Shown here one piece after another: positions 25,655 to 39,100 of a DNA stretch of 64,000 bases (the first letter of the stretch is position 1; each line of letters opens with the position of its first letter). The DNA is from Azolla caroliniana (taxonomy: Eukaryota > Plantae > Polypodiophyta), in NCBI GenBank assembly GCA_043228905.1, contig JBHGNT010000005.1, positions 16,244,001 to 16,308,000 of the forward strand, read 5' to 3'. The notes below the pieces were generated by a model, which was not told the DNA's origin, did no database searches, and was given only the letters and a program-made list of their open reading frames with translations. Made by a program: the position numbers and the translations under genes.

Positions 25655-26070
25655 ATGAAGTATTGGATATATCCCTAATTTTGGACTCAGGAAGATCAAG
25701 GCAAAATAGTACATCCTTGATTTTTCTATTAATGACAAAAGGGCCTAACCATTAACAATCCAATTTGGCTAGTAATACATAGAGCATTACGGTTGCATCA
25801 TTAAGGTGGAACTCTTGCATCAATAAGGTGGAATGATTGCATGCATCTATTATAGTTGCAACCATAATGAAGTATTGGATATATCCCTAATTTTGGACTC
25901 AGGTAGATCAAGGCAAAATAGTACATCCTTGATTTTTCTATTAATGACAAAAGGGCCTAACCATTGATAATCCAATTTGGCTAGTAATACATAGAGCATT
26001 ACGGTTGCATCATTAAGGTGGAACGCTTGCATCAATAAGGTGGAATGATTGCATGCATCTATTACAGTTG
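25655..26070. repeat. Tandem duplication of ~212 bp containing a Gypsy integrase C-terminal fragment
   Basis: TGAAGTATTGGATATATCCCTAATTTTGG at ~25657 and ~25869; minus strand reads WLGPFVINRKI...LDLPES. Confidence 0.75.
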
Positions 26071-26248
26071 CCAAATGGAGACATGGAAACATTGCTTGTG
26101 GGAATGTCAAGTTGCACAACAAGTTTGGAAAAGAGTGTTCCCAATTCTAACCTTTATGTTTAGGGATGACCGTTTTTCGTGGGGTATAGTAGTATGGGTT
26201 ATGGTAGCACAAATGATGTGGCTATGAGCAGATATGCGCAGAATAATG

Positions 26249-29200
26249 TGTTAGGAATATTTCCCTCCAGTGGGAGGAGCCGATTGTTTGGGCCAAGAAG
26301 TGCCAACAGTCAAAGACTAGAAGGAGCAAAACTGCTCTGGCCGAGTACCGATAGTTGAAGAGTCTACTGCGAGAAAGTCGACTGTGAGAGTCGACTAGGT
26401 GAATCAACAGAAAGGAGATCCAAGTCGAAGATGTGACCGACTAGTCGGGCCGACTAGTCGGACCGGCTGGACAATCAACACTAGGGTTGACTGATGGCCA
26501 CTCATTATTATAAATAATAATAGTAGTGTTGTGTAGTAGTGGCTACATTTGTAAATAGCCCATACAAGGTATAAGTATAAATACACCTAGGGCAAGTAGT
26601 GTTAGTAGCGTGTGTGTGTGAGTAAGGCAGAACAGTGTGTGTGATCCTTTGTTGTAGAGAACGATAGAGAAGAGTGATAATGTGAAGAGGGACTGTGAGA
26701 GTGGCGCCATAGCCGTGTTCTGTAAGAGCCCTACGTGGTTGATACACTCAAATTATAGAGTGTTGTACTCTAATCCCGTCCTTGTATATCCACTATATAT
26801 AGTGAAGCTTCGTTCTCCGTGGTTTTCTCTCGCTTTAGGGTTTCCACGTAAAATATGTGCACATTGTCTTCTGTGTTTCCGAACTGTGTATTTCAGTGCA
26901 TTCCTTTATTGTGGATTGACAATTTGTTTCTCAACAAACTGGTATCGGAGATTGAGGTGCAAGCATGGAAGGAGCTGTGAGCGGCTTCCTAGGAATGATA
27001 GTTCTTAACTCTCAGAACTATGCAGATTGGAAGATAAAGATGGAGGAGCTTCTCATAGTCAAAGACCTGTACGAGCTGATCGACAGAGCAGAAATACCCA
27101 CGGGGGTATTAGAGTCGGAACAAAAACTTCTCAACTGAAAGTCAATGGCCACCATCCGACATTGCGTCAATGTAAATGTACTTCAGCATGTGGCGAATGG
27201 CATGAATGCCCACAAGATGTGGTAGAAGCTGTCAGGTCTATATGAGAAGAAGAACGCCCTCAATAAAACCTCACCGATGAGAAAGATTGTATGACTGAAA
27301 TACAGAGACAGTGAGAGTATCGTCAAACACATCAGCACATTCATGGGGTATGTGAATCAACTTGTTGCAACCAAGTTTCCCCTCGATGATGCCATGCAGA
27401 CCATCTTGCTGATGTGCACACTATCGGATAGTTGGGAGAACCTAGTTGTTACTCTCATCACCTCATGTCAAGAAGAGGACTTGTCTTTACAAGCGGTGAA
27501 GACAAGCATCCTAAATGAGGAAGCGAGAAGGAAGGACAAGGGTGTTCTAGTCCAGTCGGAGTCAAATTTGACTCAACACATAAGCAGAGGGAGGAACCTA
27601 CAAAGAAGTCCACCTAGGAGAGAAAAGTCTCAAGGCAAGTCGAAGTCCAGAGGTAAGCTTGTGTGCTTCTATTGTGGAAAACCTGGACACTTCCAGAAGG
27701 ACTGCCAACACATGAGGAAGGACAAAAGTGTCGGTAATGGTGTCGAACCCAGGAAGATTCCTGATGAAAAGGGCACTTCGGCAATTGCTACGAGCAATGA
27801 AGAATTGTTGTTCATTTGCGAACAGACAAGTGCAAACCTTGCAAGCGAAGAATGCACTTGGGTGATCGACTCCAGTGCATCCTTCCACATAACTCCGTCG
27901 AGAGAGTATTTCTCAACTTACATAGTCGGTGACCATGGTTATGTAAAGATGGGTGATAGTGGGGAGTGCAGGGTAGCCGGAATCGGAAGTGTCTGCCTGA
28001 CAATGCCGACGAGGTGTCGGCTAACTCTGAAGGATGTTCGACACATCCCCGATATCAGATTGAATATGATATCAACAGGAAGACTGGATGACGAAGGCTA
28101 AAGTCGTAGTTTTCGGAATGGCAACTGGAAGTTCTGCCGAGGAAATCTTATAGTGGCTTGAGCACAAAAGGAAGGCACATTGTATATGATGCAAGCCCGA
28201 CTGCACAACTCGGAAGTAAATGTGGTAGCCCACTTGATAGGACAGATATGGCATAAGAGGCTAGGCCACATGAGTGAGAAGGGACTGCATCTGTTGTCCG
28301 ACCAGAGGCTTCTACCAGAGGTAAAGGGAGTGCACCTAGGGAATGACAGGAACTACACGCTCCGATGAACACCACTCGGCCACAACCGAGTCTAAGATCA
28401 AACACAGAAAATGGGAATGAATACACATGACACAAAGGAGAGAAGAGTACACAAGATGTTTAACGTGGAAAACCCTGAGAGGGAAAAACCACGGGAGTCC
28501 ACAGACTCCAAACTATCACTATATCACAATGATTACAACAGTGAGTTCACGGAAGCAATGACCTCGCGCTCACGATCTTCGCCACAGGTGGCGGTTACAA
28601 CAGAGGCAACGACCTCTCTCTCTCCCTGTCTCACTCTTTGTACATTGTTACGTGCTCACTAGTCTTGCGCCAACAAGAATGACAACAACTTAACATTGAG
28701 TTTGCCCTAAGTCATATTCATACTAATATGAATTTCCGGCTATTTACAAATATAGCCCCGATGGACTCTCAGAAACATATTTGCGAATATGTCCCTTCAT
28801 CCGGTGAGCACTCCTCACCGGGCCTGCATCATCCGGCGCTTGCCGGGCACATGTCATCCAGTTCTCACCGGGTCTTCCGTTGCCAGGTACTCCACATCCG
28901 GTTCTCACTGGGTCTTCACCATCCGGCTCTTGCCGAGTACTCGTCATCCGGTTCTCATCGAGTCTTTCGTTGCCGGGTACACCACATCCGGTTTCGGCCT
29001 CGGCCGAGTTTGCTCATCAGTACTGTTCTTCTCACTTCCCATCCAGAGGGACATGTTTCCTAACAGGGAAGTGTGTCGATTGCTTCATCGGAAAGCAAAA
29101 CAGAGCAACATTCCACTCCAGACCACCAAGGAGAAGAGAAGTGCCACTAGAACTAGTACACACGGATGTGTGCTATGTAGATGCTCCGTCACACCGAGGC

Positions 29201-32200
29201 GGACAGTACTTTGTGACCTTTATCGATGACTACAGTCGGAAGTTGTGGGCTTTTGTATTAAAGTCAAAAGATCAAGTATTGTCGTTCTTCAAGGAGTTCC
29301 AGGCAAGAGTTGAACGGGAGTTGGGTCGAAAGTTGAAGGTTGTCCAAACTGACAATGGTGGCGAATATAAAGGGCAATTTGAGGAATACTGCAAAGCCCA
29401 GGGTATTCGAATAGAATACACCGTACCAAAGACCCCTGAGTTGAATGGGCTTGTAGAGAGGATGAATCGAACAATCATGGAGAGAGTAAGGAGCATGCTC
29501 TCTCATACTAAACTGCTGAATTCCTATTGGGTTGAGGCAATGTATACAATTGTTTATCTTATCAACGGGTCTCCCTCAATGCCATTGAAGGGTGATGTCC
29601 CACAGAGGGTGTGGACAGGAAAGGAAGTCTCCTACTGACAGTTGAGAGTGTTCAGATGTTTATAGTATATGCATGTGGCTAAGGATCAGAGGTCGAAGCT
29701 CGACTGCAAGTCGAAACCATGCATATTCATGGGATACTCGGAAGATGAGTTTGGCTATAAGCTATGGGACCTAGTTGACAAGAAGGTAGTGAGGAGTTGG
29801 GATGTAGTCTTCTTGGAAGACAAGACCATAGAGGACTGGAAGCAACAGAAGTCAGAATCAACTAACCAACCAACCTCCACTACTATCGACTTGAGGCCAA
29901 GTGAACCGACACAGTCAGCTGTTCGGAGACAGCCGGCGGCACAACTGATTATCAATTGGTCGACTCGGAGAGACCGACCAACTATGAGTCTGAGTTGGGA
30001 AAGCTGTTAAGGTTGATCGAGGAATACGAGTTGGAGTCGTCCAACCTTGAAAAGACGATTGACATATATGAAACCAAGCAAAGAGGAGAGTCGGGAGAGA
30101 TACCCGAACGAGAGCCGACAACGAGTGGAAGGAGATACCCACTCCGAGAAAGGAGAGCACCAATAACATATGCCAGTCAATACATCCTATTGACTGATGA
30201 AGGTGAGCCATAGTGCTATGATGAAGCCAATGCCTACAAGCATAGAGAGAAATGGTTGAATGTGATGCAAGATGAGATGGACTCTTTGCACAAAAACTAC
30301 ACCTACGACCTGGTAGAATTACCGAGAGGTAAGAGAGCACTCAGGAACAAATGAGTCTACAAGGTGAAGACTGGAGAAGTCGAGAGTGCGCCTAGGTATA
30401 AAGCCTGCATTGTGGTCAAGGGTTTCCAATAGAAAAAGGGTGTCGACTTTGACGAAATATTCGTTCCAATCATGAAGATGACATCCATTAGAACTGTTCT
30501 GAGCATAGCTGCTAGCATGGATCTAGAGATCGAATAGTTGGATGTCAAGACGACATTCTTGCACGGGGAGTTGGATGAAGAGATCTACATGCAGCAACCT
30601 GAAGGTTTTGTGGAGAAAGGGAAAGAGACTTTGGTGTGTCGACTGTAGAAAAGCTTGTACGGCCTAAAACAAGCTCCATGCCAATGGCACAAGAAGTTCG
30701 AGTCCTTCATTGTGGAACATGGGTTACAAAAAACACAGGTTGATCAATGTGTGTTCATTAAAAGGTACAATGAAGGTGATTTCTTGATTATCTTATTATA
30801 TGTAGACGACATGTTGATAGTCGATCAAGATACAAGGAAGATCGGAAGCTTGAAGAAAGCTCTAAGCAAGTCGTTTCCCATGAAAAATCTTGGTCCGGAT
30901 AAACAGATCTTAGGGATGCACATAGTTCGGGACAGAACTAAGAAAGTGTTGTGGTTGTCACAAGAGAAATATGTGACGAAGATCCTAGAAAGATTCAACA
31001 TGACAGAAGCAAAGCCGATCGGCTCTGTGTTACTGACTAACTACAAGTTAAATGCAAGGCAATGCTCGAGAAAGGAGAAAGAAAACGTTGAGATGAGGAA
31101 AGTACCATATGCCTCAGCCGTCAGCAGTCTAATGTATGTTATGGTCTGCACAACACCAAACATAGCTTTTGTTGTGGGAACAGTAAGCCGATACATGAGT
31201 AATCCAGGAAGAGAACATTGGGCGATGGTGAAGTGGATACTCAGGTACTTAAAAGGCACCTCAAGAGTATGCCTAAGGGATGGTGTCGGGAAACCCATGC
31301 TCGAAGGATTTACCAACTTGGACATGTCAGGGGAGGTAGATTCAAGCCAATCCATGTCAAGGTACATGATGACCTATGCAGGGGGAGCAGTGTCGTGGCA
31401 GTCACGATTGCAGAAGTCTATGACCTTGTCGATCACAGAGGTAGAGTATATGGCAGCGGTAGAGGCCGAAAAGAAGCTTATTTGGATCAGAAACTTTCTC
31501 AACGAGTTGGGAGTGAAGCAAAGGGATTTCTTGCTTCATTGTGACAGCCAGAGTGCTCTACACGTAGCCAAGAATGCTGCATACCACTCCTAGACCAAGC
31601 ACATACAGAGAAGGTATCATTGGTGGCGGGAGAAAGTCGAAGAAAGGGAGTTTACCCTCGTGAAGATCCATACTAACGACAATGGATCCGACATGCTGAC
31701 AAAGACCCTACCGTTGGACAGACTCAAAGTTTGTCAACATAGGACAGGAATAACAGACTCAGAGTTTGTCGACATAAGACAAGAATAACAGGCTCAGTGG
31801 GAGGCGCCAATTGTTTGGGCAAAGAAGTCCCAATAGTTCAAGACTAGGAGGAGCAAAACTGCTCAGGCCGAGTATCAATAGTTGAAGAGTCTACTACAAG
31901 AAAGTCGACTGTGAGAGTCGACAGAAAGGAGATCTAGGTCGAAGACGCAACCAACTAGTCGGGCTAACTAGATGGTCGATGACCAGGCCGACTAGTCGGA
32001 CTGGCTGGACAATCAACACTAGGGTCGACTAATGGCCACTCATTATTATAGATAATAATAGTAGTGTTGTGTAATAGTGGCTACATTTGTAAATAGCCCA
32101 TACAAGGTATAAGTATAAATACACCTAGGGCAAGTTGTGTCAGTAGCGTGTGTGTGAGTAAGGCAGAATAGTGTGTGTGATCCTCTATTGTAGAGAACGA

Positions 32201-32472
32201 CAAAGAAGAGTGAGAACGTGAAGAGAGACTGTGAGAGGGGCGCCATAGTCCTGTTCTGTAAGAGCCCTGCGTGGCTGATAGACTCAGATTAGAGAGTGTT
32301 GTACTCTAATCCCATCCTTGTATATCCACTATATATAGTGAAGCTCCGTTCTTCGTGGTTTTCTCCCGCTTTAGGGTTTCCACGTAAAATTTGTGTGCAT
32401 TGTCTTCTGTGTTTCCAAACTGTGTATTTCAACGCATTCCTTTATTGTGGATTGACGATTCGTTTCTCAACA
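26249..32472 (+). mobile_element. Ty1/Copia element E (degenerate relative of K) inserted in the J 3' LTR
   Basis: 5' LTR 26249-26936; PBS at 26940; gag-pol ~26965-31760 with stops; 3' LTR ~31795-32472; TSD TAATG on both sides. Confidence 0.93.
28344..29065 (-). mobile_element. Copia solo LTR (same family as 6168-6906) inserted in E pol
   Basis: TG..CA ends; TSD GGGAA; removal restores HLGKCVDC. Confidence 0.92.
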
Positions 32473-33522
32473 TAATGTGTGAGGACATGTTAGTTTATGA
32501 ACAGCAAATGACATAGATATGTAACACAAGAAGAAACAGTAGATTGATAGAGATTGAAAGCTTCAATGGAAGATCTCGTTATTCTGCAACTGTCTCTCTA
32601 CGAGACTCAAGATTATTATTACAACGTTAGGCTAGAGCTATATACTCAAGCCCTAACTATTGGGCGTGTTCACACTAGTAAGGATACAAAGTGGAAGGAG
32701 TCGGTCTTTTATGCCAACAAACTCCCCCGTAAAAGGACTACTCTTTCTACTTACAATTGTATGGGGTTATGTCCCCCGTAAACCTAGATTACATTTTAAT
32801 CTATAGTTATGGTTATAAAGCAATCGACATAGAGTGGAGTCGGCAAAGGTAAAGTTGGTATCTAGCTTGATTCGGCTGATCATCCAGGTCAGCGTGTGTG
32901 AGTCAGTCAGATCAACTTACCTTCTATTCGGTCTATCCTCAGTGCTTCGAAGCGTTGATATGGGAGTGGCTTCGTTAGGAAAACGACGATGTTCACCTCA
33001 GTGTTGTTGTTCCAAACTTCGAGCTTCTTTTCGATTACTAGCTCCCGAATGTGATGATACCACACCTCAATATGTTTCGTCTTGGCATGATAGACAAGGT
33101 TGTTGATGAGGTGTATTGGGCTCTGCAAGTCGCAATAGATGGTCAACGTTGGTCGGTCGATTCGACTCGTAGCCGAAAAATCGACAGTCAGTCAGTGTAG
33201 CCAGATCACTTCCTTCACTGCCTCCGATGTTGTTATGTACTCTTGAAGCTTCGACCTCCATGATATAGCACCGCCACCATAGGTGAAGATGTGGCCTGAT
33301 GTCGAATTCTAATTGTTCGAGTTCCCGGCATAGTTGGAGTTGGTGTAGCCCTCGACTTCGGTCGGGTTTACCAATTTGAATGTTAGTTGTGCATCCATGG
33401 TTCCCTTCAAATACCTAAGGATGTGTATGTGGCCTCCCAATGCTTCCTTCCTGGGTTCAACATGTACCGGCTAACGACTCCTATGGCATAGGCAAGGTCG
33501 GGTCGAGTCACCACCATCACGT

Positions 33523-34381
33523 TGTCGTAGTGTAATTCGCACACTACATGAAAATTGCATTTTTGTTCCTCCGGATGGGGTAAGGAGGACCCGGTAAGGA
33601 GAACTGATGAGAACCGGATGAAGGAGGAACCGGCAAGGAGGACCTGATAAGGAGAACCGATAAGAACCGGATCAAGCAGAACCGGCAAGAGCCGGATAAA
33701 GAAGGCCAGTGAGAGGTCCTCACTGGATGAAGAGACAAATTTATAAATAGAAGAAAAAATTGTTACATGCATAGGGCAGGATTCAAACCCTGTACCTCCA
33801 CATAGACAGACCCCAAACCTTACCATTGTACTAACTTATCCTAAGTGTTCTAAATATAGATTTAATACATATAAGACCTTTATTTACGCCTACCTTTATT
33901 AAAAGGTAAGTCATGCATTTTTAGAATGAGTGAATACTTTATTTATAACAAAAATGTACACCAATAAAAAATTACTCATGCGCATCTCGCGAGCATGAGC
34001 ACTATATTTAGGAAACAAAAGCATAGTGTAAAAAGCAACTCATGCACATTTAGTGTGCATGAACACTTTAGAAAAAGCATGAAGCTATGCTTAGCCTCTT
34101 CCATCCTTATATAAGGAGGAGAGAAAGATATATGATGTTGTTGATTATTTTTACAAGGAAGGATCAATCTAATATATTCGTGGGATTCACAAGTTTATCA
34201 TCAAAATTCTCTTCCTTACAATCTAAATACACTAAACACGGGGAATTCACAAGTTTTATTTCTTACTTCTCTTTCTACCTATTCATAACTAGTCTTATAT
34301 TGTATTCTTCTTTCTCCTAGTCCAAAACCTCAGTGGTTCCCACCCAACTCACACAATGATCCGGAGCTGAAAGGCACGACA
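33523..34381 (+). mobile_element. Solo LTR of the B/F Gypsy family inserted in J RT
   Basis: TGTCGTAG...GCACGACA; flanks ACGT/ACAT; reverse-complement similarity to 51495-52210. Confidence 0.9.
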
Positions 34382-35713
34382 ACATACATGATATTTCCTA
34401 TGACCGATGCTTAGGGTATCTCTCCATTGAGCTCGTTCTCCTTATCCGTTGAAGGAGAGTCTTTGTTCGATAGTCAGATCGACGTCGGAAGTGGTGTTGG
34501 TGTTGGCTTCGTGTTCTCCATGTTGAAGCGCTTGAGCACCTTGCGAATATAGTCGGACTGGGAAAGTCAAAAAGTTTTTGTTGTCCGATTTCGCTTTATC
34601 CTCATGCCTAGTATGTGTCAGGCGTGTCTGAGTTCCTTCATCGAAAACTTTTCATGAAGAATTCACTTTAGCTTTCCGATTTCGGCTTGATTGCTTCCTA
34701 CAATCAGCATGTCGTCGACATATAGGATCAGATAGATCCGGGACTCATCGACCAGTTGCCAAATATACATGCATGGGTCGGAGTCAGACCGGTGGTACCC
34801 AAGCTGCCTGATGTAGGAGTCGAACTTTTGGTACCACATCCTCGACACTTGTTTTAAGTTGTATAGGCTTTTCTTCAATCGACATATGAGGTGACTTTCC
34901 TCCCCCCCGTCACTGAGAAGCTTGCCGGTTGAGACATGAAAATGTCTTCTTCCAGATCTCCATGTAGGAAGGCCATCTTTACGTCCATCTACTCAAGCTC
35001 TAGGTCTTCTGTCGCCACGACCCCAAGTAGGAGCCGAAGGGTGGTCATCTTGACTACTGTTGAGAATATCTCATTCCTCGACCCCATGTTCTTGTTTGAA
35101 ACCCTTCGCAATGAGCCGAGCTTTGTATTTGGGTTTCTCAAAGTCGGATACATATTTGTACCTGAAAACCCATTTGTAGGGTAGCGGCTTCCTTCCTGCT
35201 GGTAGTTCGACCAGCTCCCATGTTTGATTCTGTCGAATCGAGTCCATCTCGGATTGCATGGCTTGTAGCCATGTATCGGTGTTTGATGTGTCTATAGCTT
35301 CTTTGTATGTGCTAGGTTCGCCTACATTGGTGTAGTTGACGTAGTCGAGACCCAGCTAATAGAACTTGGTTGGCCTTCGAACTCGTCCGGATCTCCTAGG
35401 TGCCGATTGTGTTGGTTCGGTTTCGTTAGTCAGTTCATCGGCCGATCGGTACCACTAGAACCGTCTTCAAGAGTCCTTTTAGATGACTCACCCCTGTAGT
35501 AAAATTTCGGTGATGTTATGGCATCCTCCCCTTCTTCGGGATCAATTGACTTAGAGACAGGAGACTTAGCTGACTCGGGCCAGCTTTTCTCTTTGGCTTT
35601 GCCTTTCTCAACTCTTGTCAATTTGGTTGTGCCTTGGGTGGCCAATGTTAATCTTGTCAATCTCTTAGTCGAATCCGTGTCGATTAGTGGACCTCTTACT
35701 GATTTGGAGTCAG

Positions 35714-36157
35714 TGTCAGAACCAAGGATAAAAGATAGAGTGATGGAAGAAGGATATTAGAGAACACGAGAAGAAAGGAACCAAATACTAAGAGAAGAAT
35801 GGATGTATAAGATAGAGAAAGAAAGAGAATGGATACAAGATATGTAATGAGAGCTAAAGACTGGTGTTGATTCGAATTGATTTGAGAATACATGTATGCC
35901 CTTATTTATAGGTTCCTATAGAATAGCTTAGAGATTTCTAGAATGTTCTAGAATGTTCTAGGCCTAGAATGCTCTAGGACATTCTAGAACATTCTAGAAT
36001 AATCTAGAGTTTTTACAATAATCAATGTAATATAAGAAGTAACTTTTATTGTTTCATATAACAATAAGCTATCTTAATGGTTGAGGTTTTCAACTATGGA
36101 TTACAAGGTTCGAGGTTCAAGTCCGGGTGACGCTATAATGGTCATGTGTTCATGACA
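35714..36157 (-). mobile_element. Solo LTR with heat-shock-element array
   Basis: TGTCA...TGACA; TSD GTCAG/GTCGG; related to 57498-58008. Confidence 0.85.
35935..36010. promoter_or_regulatory. Heat-shock element array
   Basis: TTCtaGAAtgTTCtaGAAtgTTC alternating nGAAn units just upstream of a minus-strand TATA (CCTATAAATA, ~35903-35912). Confidence 0.75.
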
Positions 36158-39100
36158 GTCGGGAGGTGTATTGTCGGCTTGGTCGAGCTCGACTGTTTGT
36201 CAAGTCTCTGATTCGGCCCGGTGGCTCGGTCTTTCTACGACTTCTCTGTCAATTTCGAAAGAGACCTTTTTGCCCACTATTTTTCTGCTAGTTTCGCTAA
36301 GAGAGGATAGAGTCTTTGTTGAAGACTACATCACTGCTCTCGATCAATTTCCAATTCTTTGGGTCCCATAGCCTGTATCCGAATTCCCCATCGGTTCCAT
36401 GACCGAGAAATATGCATTTCACTGCATGGGGTGCCAACTTGGTCCTTTTCTCCCTGGGGATGAATGCGTAGGCTTTGCATCTGAATATACGAAGCCTATC
36501 GTAGGTTGGTTTTTTGCTTGACCACAGTGCATGTGGCACTTCGAGCCTGATTGCTTTCGACAACGATAGATTAATCAGATATATTGTTGTTTGCAATGCT
36601 TCGGCCCAGAACTCCAGCTTTAGTCCAGCTTGCTAAAGCATTGCGACCACCCTCTCTTGGATCGTTCGGTTGATTCGTTCTGCCACTCCATTCTGCATGG
36701 GTGTGTATGGAACGGTCTTTTGATGTCAGATCCCTTTGTCGGACAGGTACTGTTTGAAGGCTCAGGATGTGTATTCACCTTCGTTGTCGGATCGGAGTGT
36801 CTTCACTCTATGTCTCGACTGATTCTCCACTTCAGCTGTCCATCGAGCGCTTCATCTTTGGACCTAATTGAATAGGCCTAGACATTCCATGTACAATCAT
36901 CAACAAATGTGATGAAGTATAGGGAGCCTCCTAGTGATCGCTTAGGTATAGGCCCACATATATCTGTGTGAACGAGCTTTAGGGGCTGTCGTAACATCTC
37001 GTAATGGAGAGAGTGCAGACTTCGGGTCTGTTTCCCATATCGACAATGATCGCAGAAGGCCGTCTTTGTTTGGAGTTTTGGAATGTAGCCAACCACCATC
37101 ACCCGATCTAGGCCAGCTTGTGACATATGGCCAAGTCGGCCATGCCATAGGTTCGGGTTGGTATTTTCGGCTATGTTCGCGGCCCCTTCTGGATTGATCG
37201 CCATCATTGGGTACAAGTTGTTGTACTTGTGCCCATTTTTTATTATTAGATTTCCTCGAGTGATCATCCATGCCGACTCATTAAGAGTCGTTCTGCACCT
37301 GTCTTCGGCCAACATGCCAATAGAGACCAAACTCCTTTTCAGTGCGGGTACATTCCGACTTGGTGCAGGACAATTGTGTTGTCATTCGATAATTGAATTG
37401 GTACTTCGCCTACTCCGGCGATTTTGCGTTCCTGCCCATTGCCTAGTCGGACTGTGCCGCAGGCGTCAACCGAATAGTTCGAAAACCATTTGATGTTTGG
37501 GGTCACATGGAATGTGACACCAGAGTCTAGCAACCACGTATGTGCGTCTTACGCATTGTAGAGGACTTCTTCGATCATTGAGTTCTGTAAGGAGAGGATT
37601 TCTTCGGATCGGGTGTCGGCAACATTGACTTGGTTGCCGACTAAAGAGTGGTTTGAGTCGGATCGTCCTTGATTCCGCTCGGATCGCCAACCGCTCTCAT
37701 TCCTCTTGATCGACCAACAGTCGAAAACGTTGTGACCGACATTTCTCCAGTGGGTGTAGAAATCGCGTGGTCGGCTTTTTCTCGACTTCGACTGTTGTAG
37801 GTCTCCCCTCGTTCTTGACCAGTTGGTATTCTGACCGGTTCTATCGGCTTGTTCTCTCGATCAACTCAATCGGTCAATTGACTCAATCGAGTGGTGGGAT
37901 TCTACTGACTTGTTGATGGTGAGTCCCATCAATTTTTGCCAAATATCCTCAGTGAGGACTTGGCTAACTGTTTCCTCTAGATTTAGATTTGGTCGGCTAT
38001 TGGCAAATGTTGTGCAAAATACCTCCCAACTCACTGGCAAGCTTGATAGGAGGGCAAGGGCTTTCAGTTCTTCATCAAAGTTAATCCCCTGGGAGGAGAG
38101 TTCAGACAACACCCGGCTGAAGGTGTTGATGTGGGAGGTTGTTGGGTCCGACTCTCTCATCTTCATGTTGAACAGTTGTCTGATCAATATAAGTTTTGAT
38201 GATGAGGACTTCTTCTCGTATACAACTTGTAGCTTCTCCCACATTGAGAACAATGTCATCTCTTTTGCCATGCTAAAATAGATGTTTTCGTCTAGGTGCA
38301 TTCGAATGGTGGAGCGAGTGATTTCGTCTATTGATCTCCACTCTTCGGCTGTCATTGAAGCAGTTTTTTCGCAATGTTGGATGGCTTCGACCTGTCTTCG
38401 AATGATCAACACATCTTGCATCATCTCCTTCCACAGGGCAAAGTTTTTGCCGACAAACTTTCGGATTTCAATTCCTGTTCCAGATGTTGAAGCCATGTTC
38501 TTTGAAGTGAGATTTACTAACTTGGTCCTTTCTTTCAGGTGTAGGGTTCCCTCTTCTCTCTATCTTTTCTGCTGTTCGTCGCCGCTGAACAACAGGTCGT
38601 GTTGATACCAATTGTGAGCAGATATGTGTGGAATAACGTGTGAGGACCTATTAGTTTATGAACAACAAGCAACATAGATATGCAACACAAGAAGAAACAA
38701 TAGATCAATAGAGATTGAAAGCTTCAATGGAGGATCTCGTTATTCTGCAACTCTCTCTCTACGAGACTCAAGATACAAGATTCAAGATTATTGTTACAAT
38801 GTTAGGTTTGAGCTTATATACTCAAGCCCTAACTATTGGACATGTTCACACTAGTAAGGATACAAAGTGGAAGGAGTCGGCCTTTTATGCCAACAGTGGT
38901 CATATGACGCACACCCAAATGATATGATTATTAGAATTCAAAGAGGAAGGATAAGGGTGGTGCAGTGAAGTCGTATGGAAATTCCTTAAATGTTAAAGGC
39001 AATGCAAGAGGTATGGAAGCTACTATGCACCACCATGTGGTTTATTTGAACTGCTAGATGTTCTAAGGTGTTTGATAATACTAATGTTCATCCAGTGGAA

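Larger units (their letters stand above)
26223..38895 (-). mobile_element. Ty1/Copia element J (degenerate) with nested element E and two solo LTRs
   Basis: 5' LTR 38613-38895; 3' LTR 26223-26248 plus 32478-32719; TSD GTGGC/GTGGT; PBS ~38610-38600; gag from 38496; INT, RT and RH fragments 37530-32900. Confidence 0.9.
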
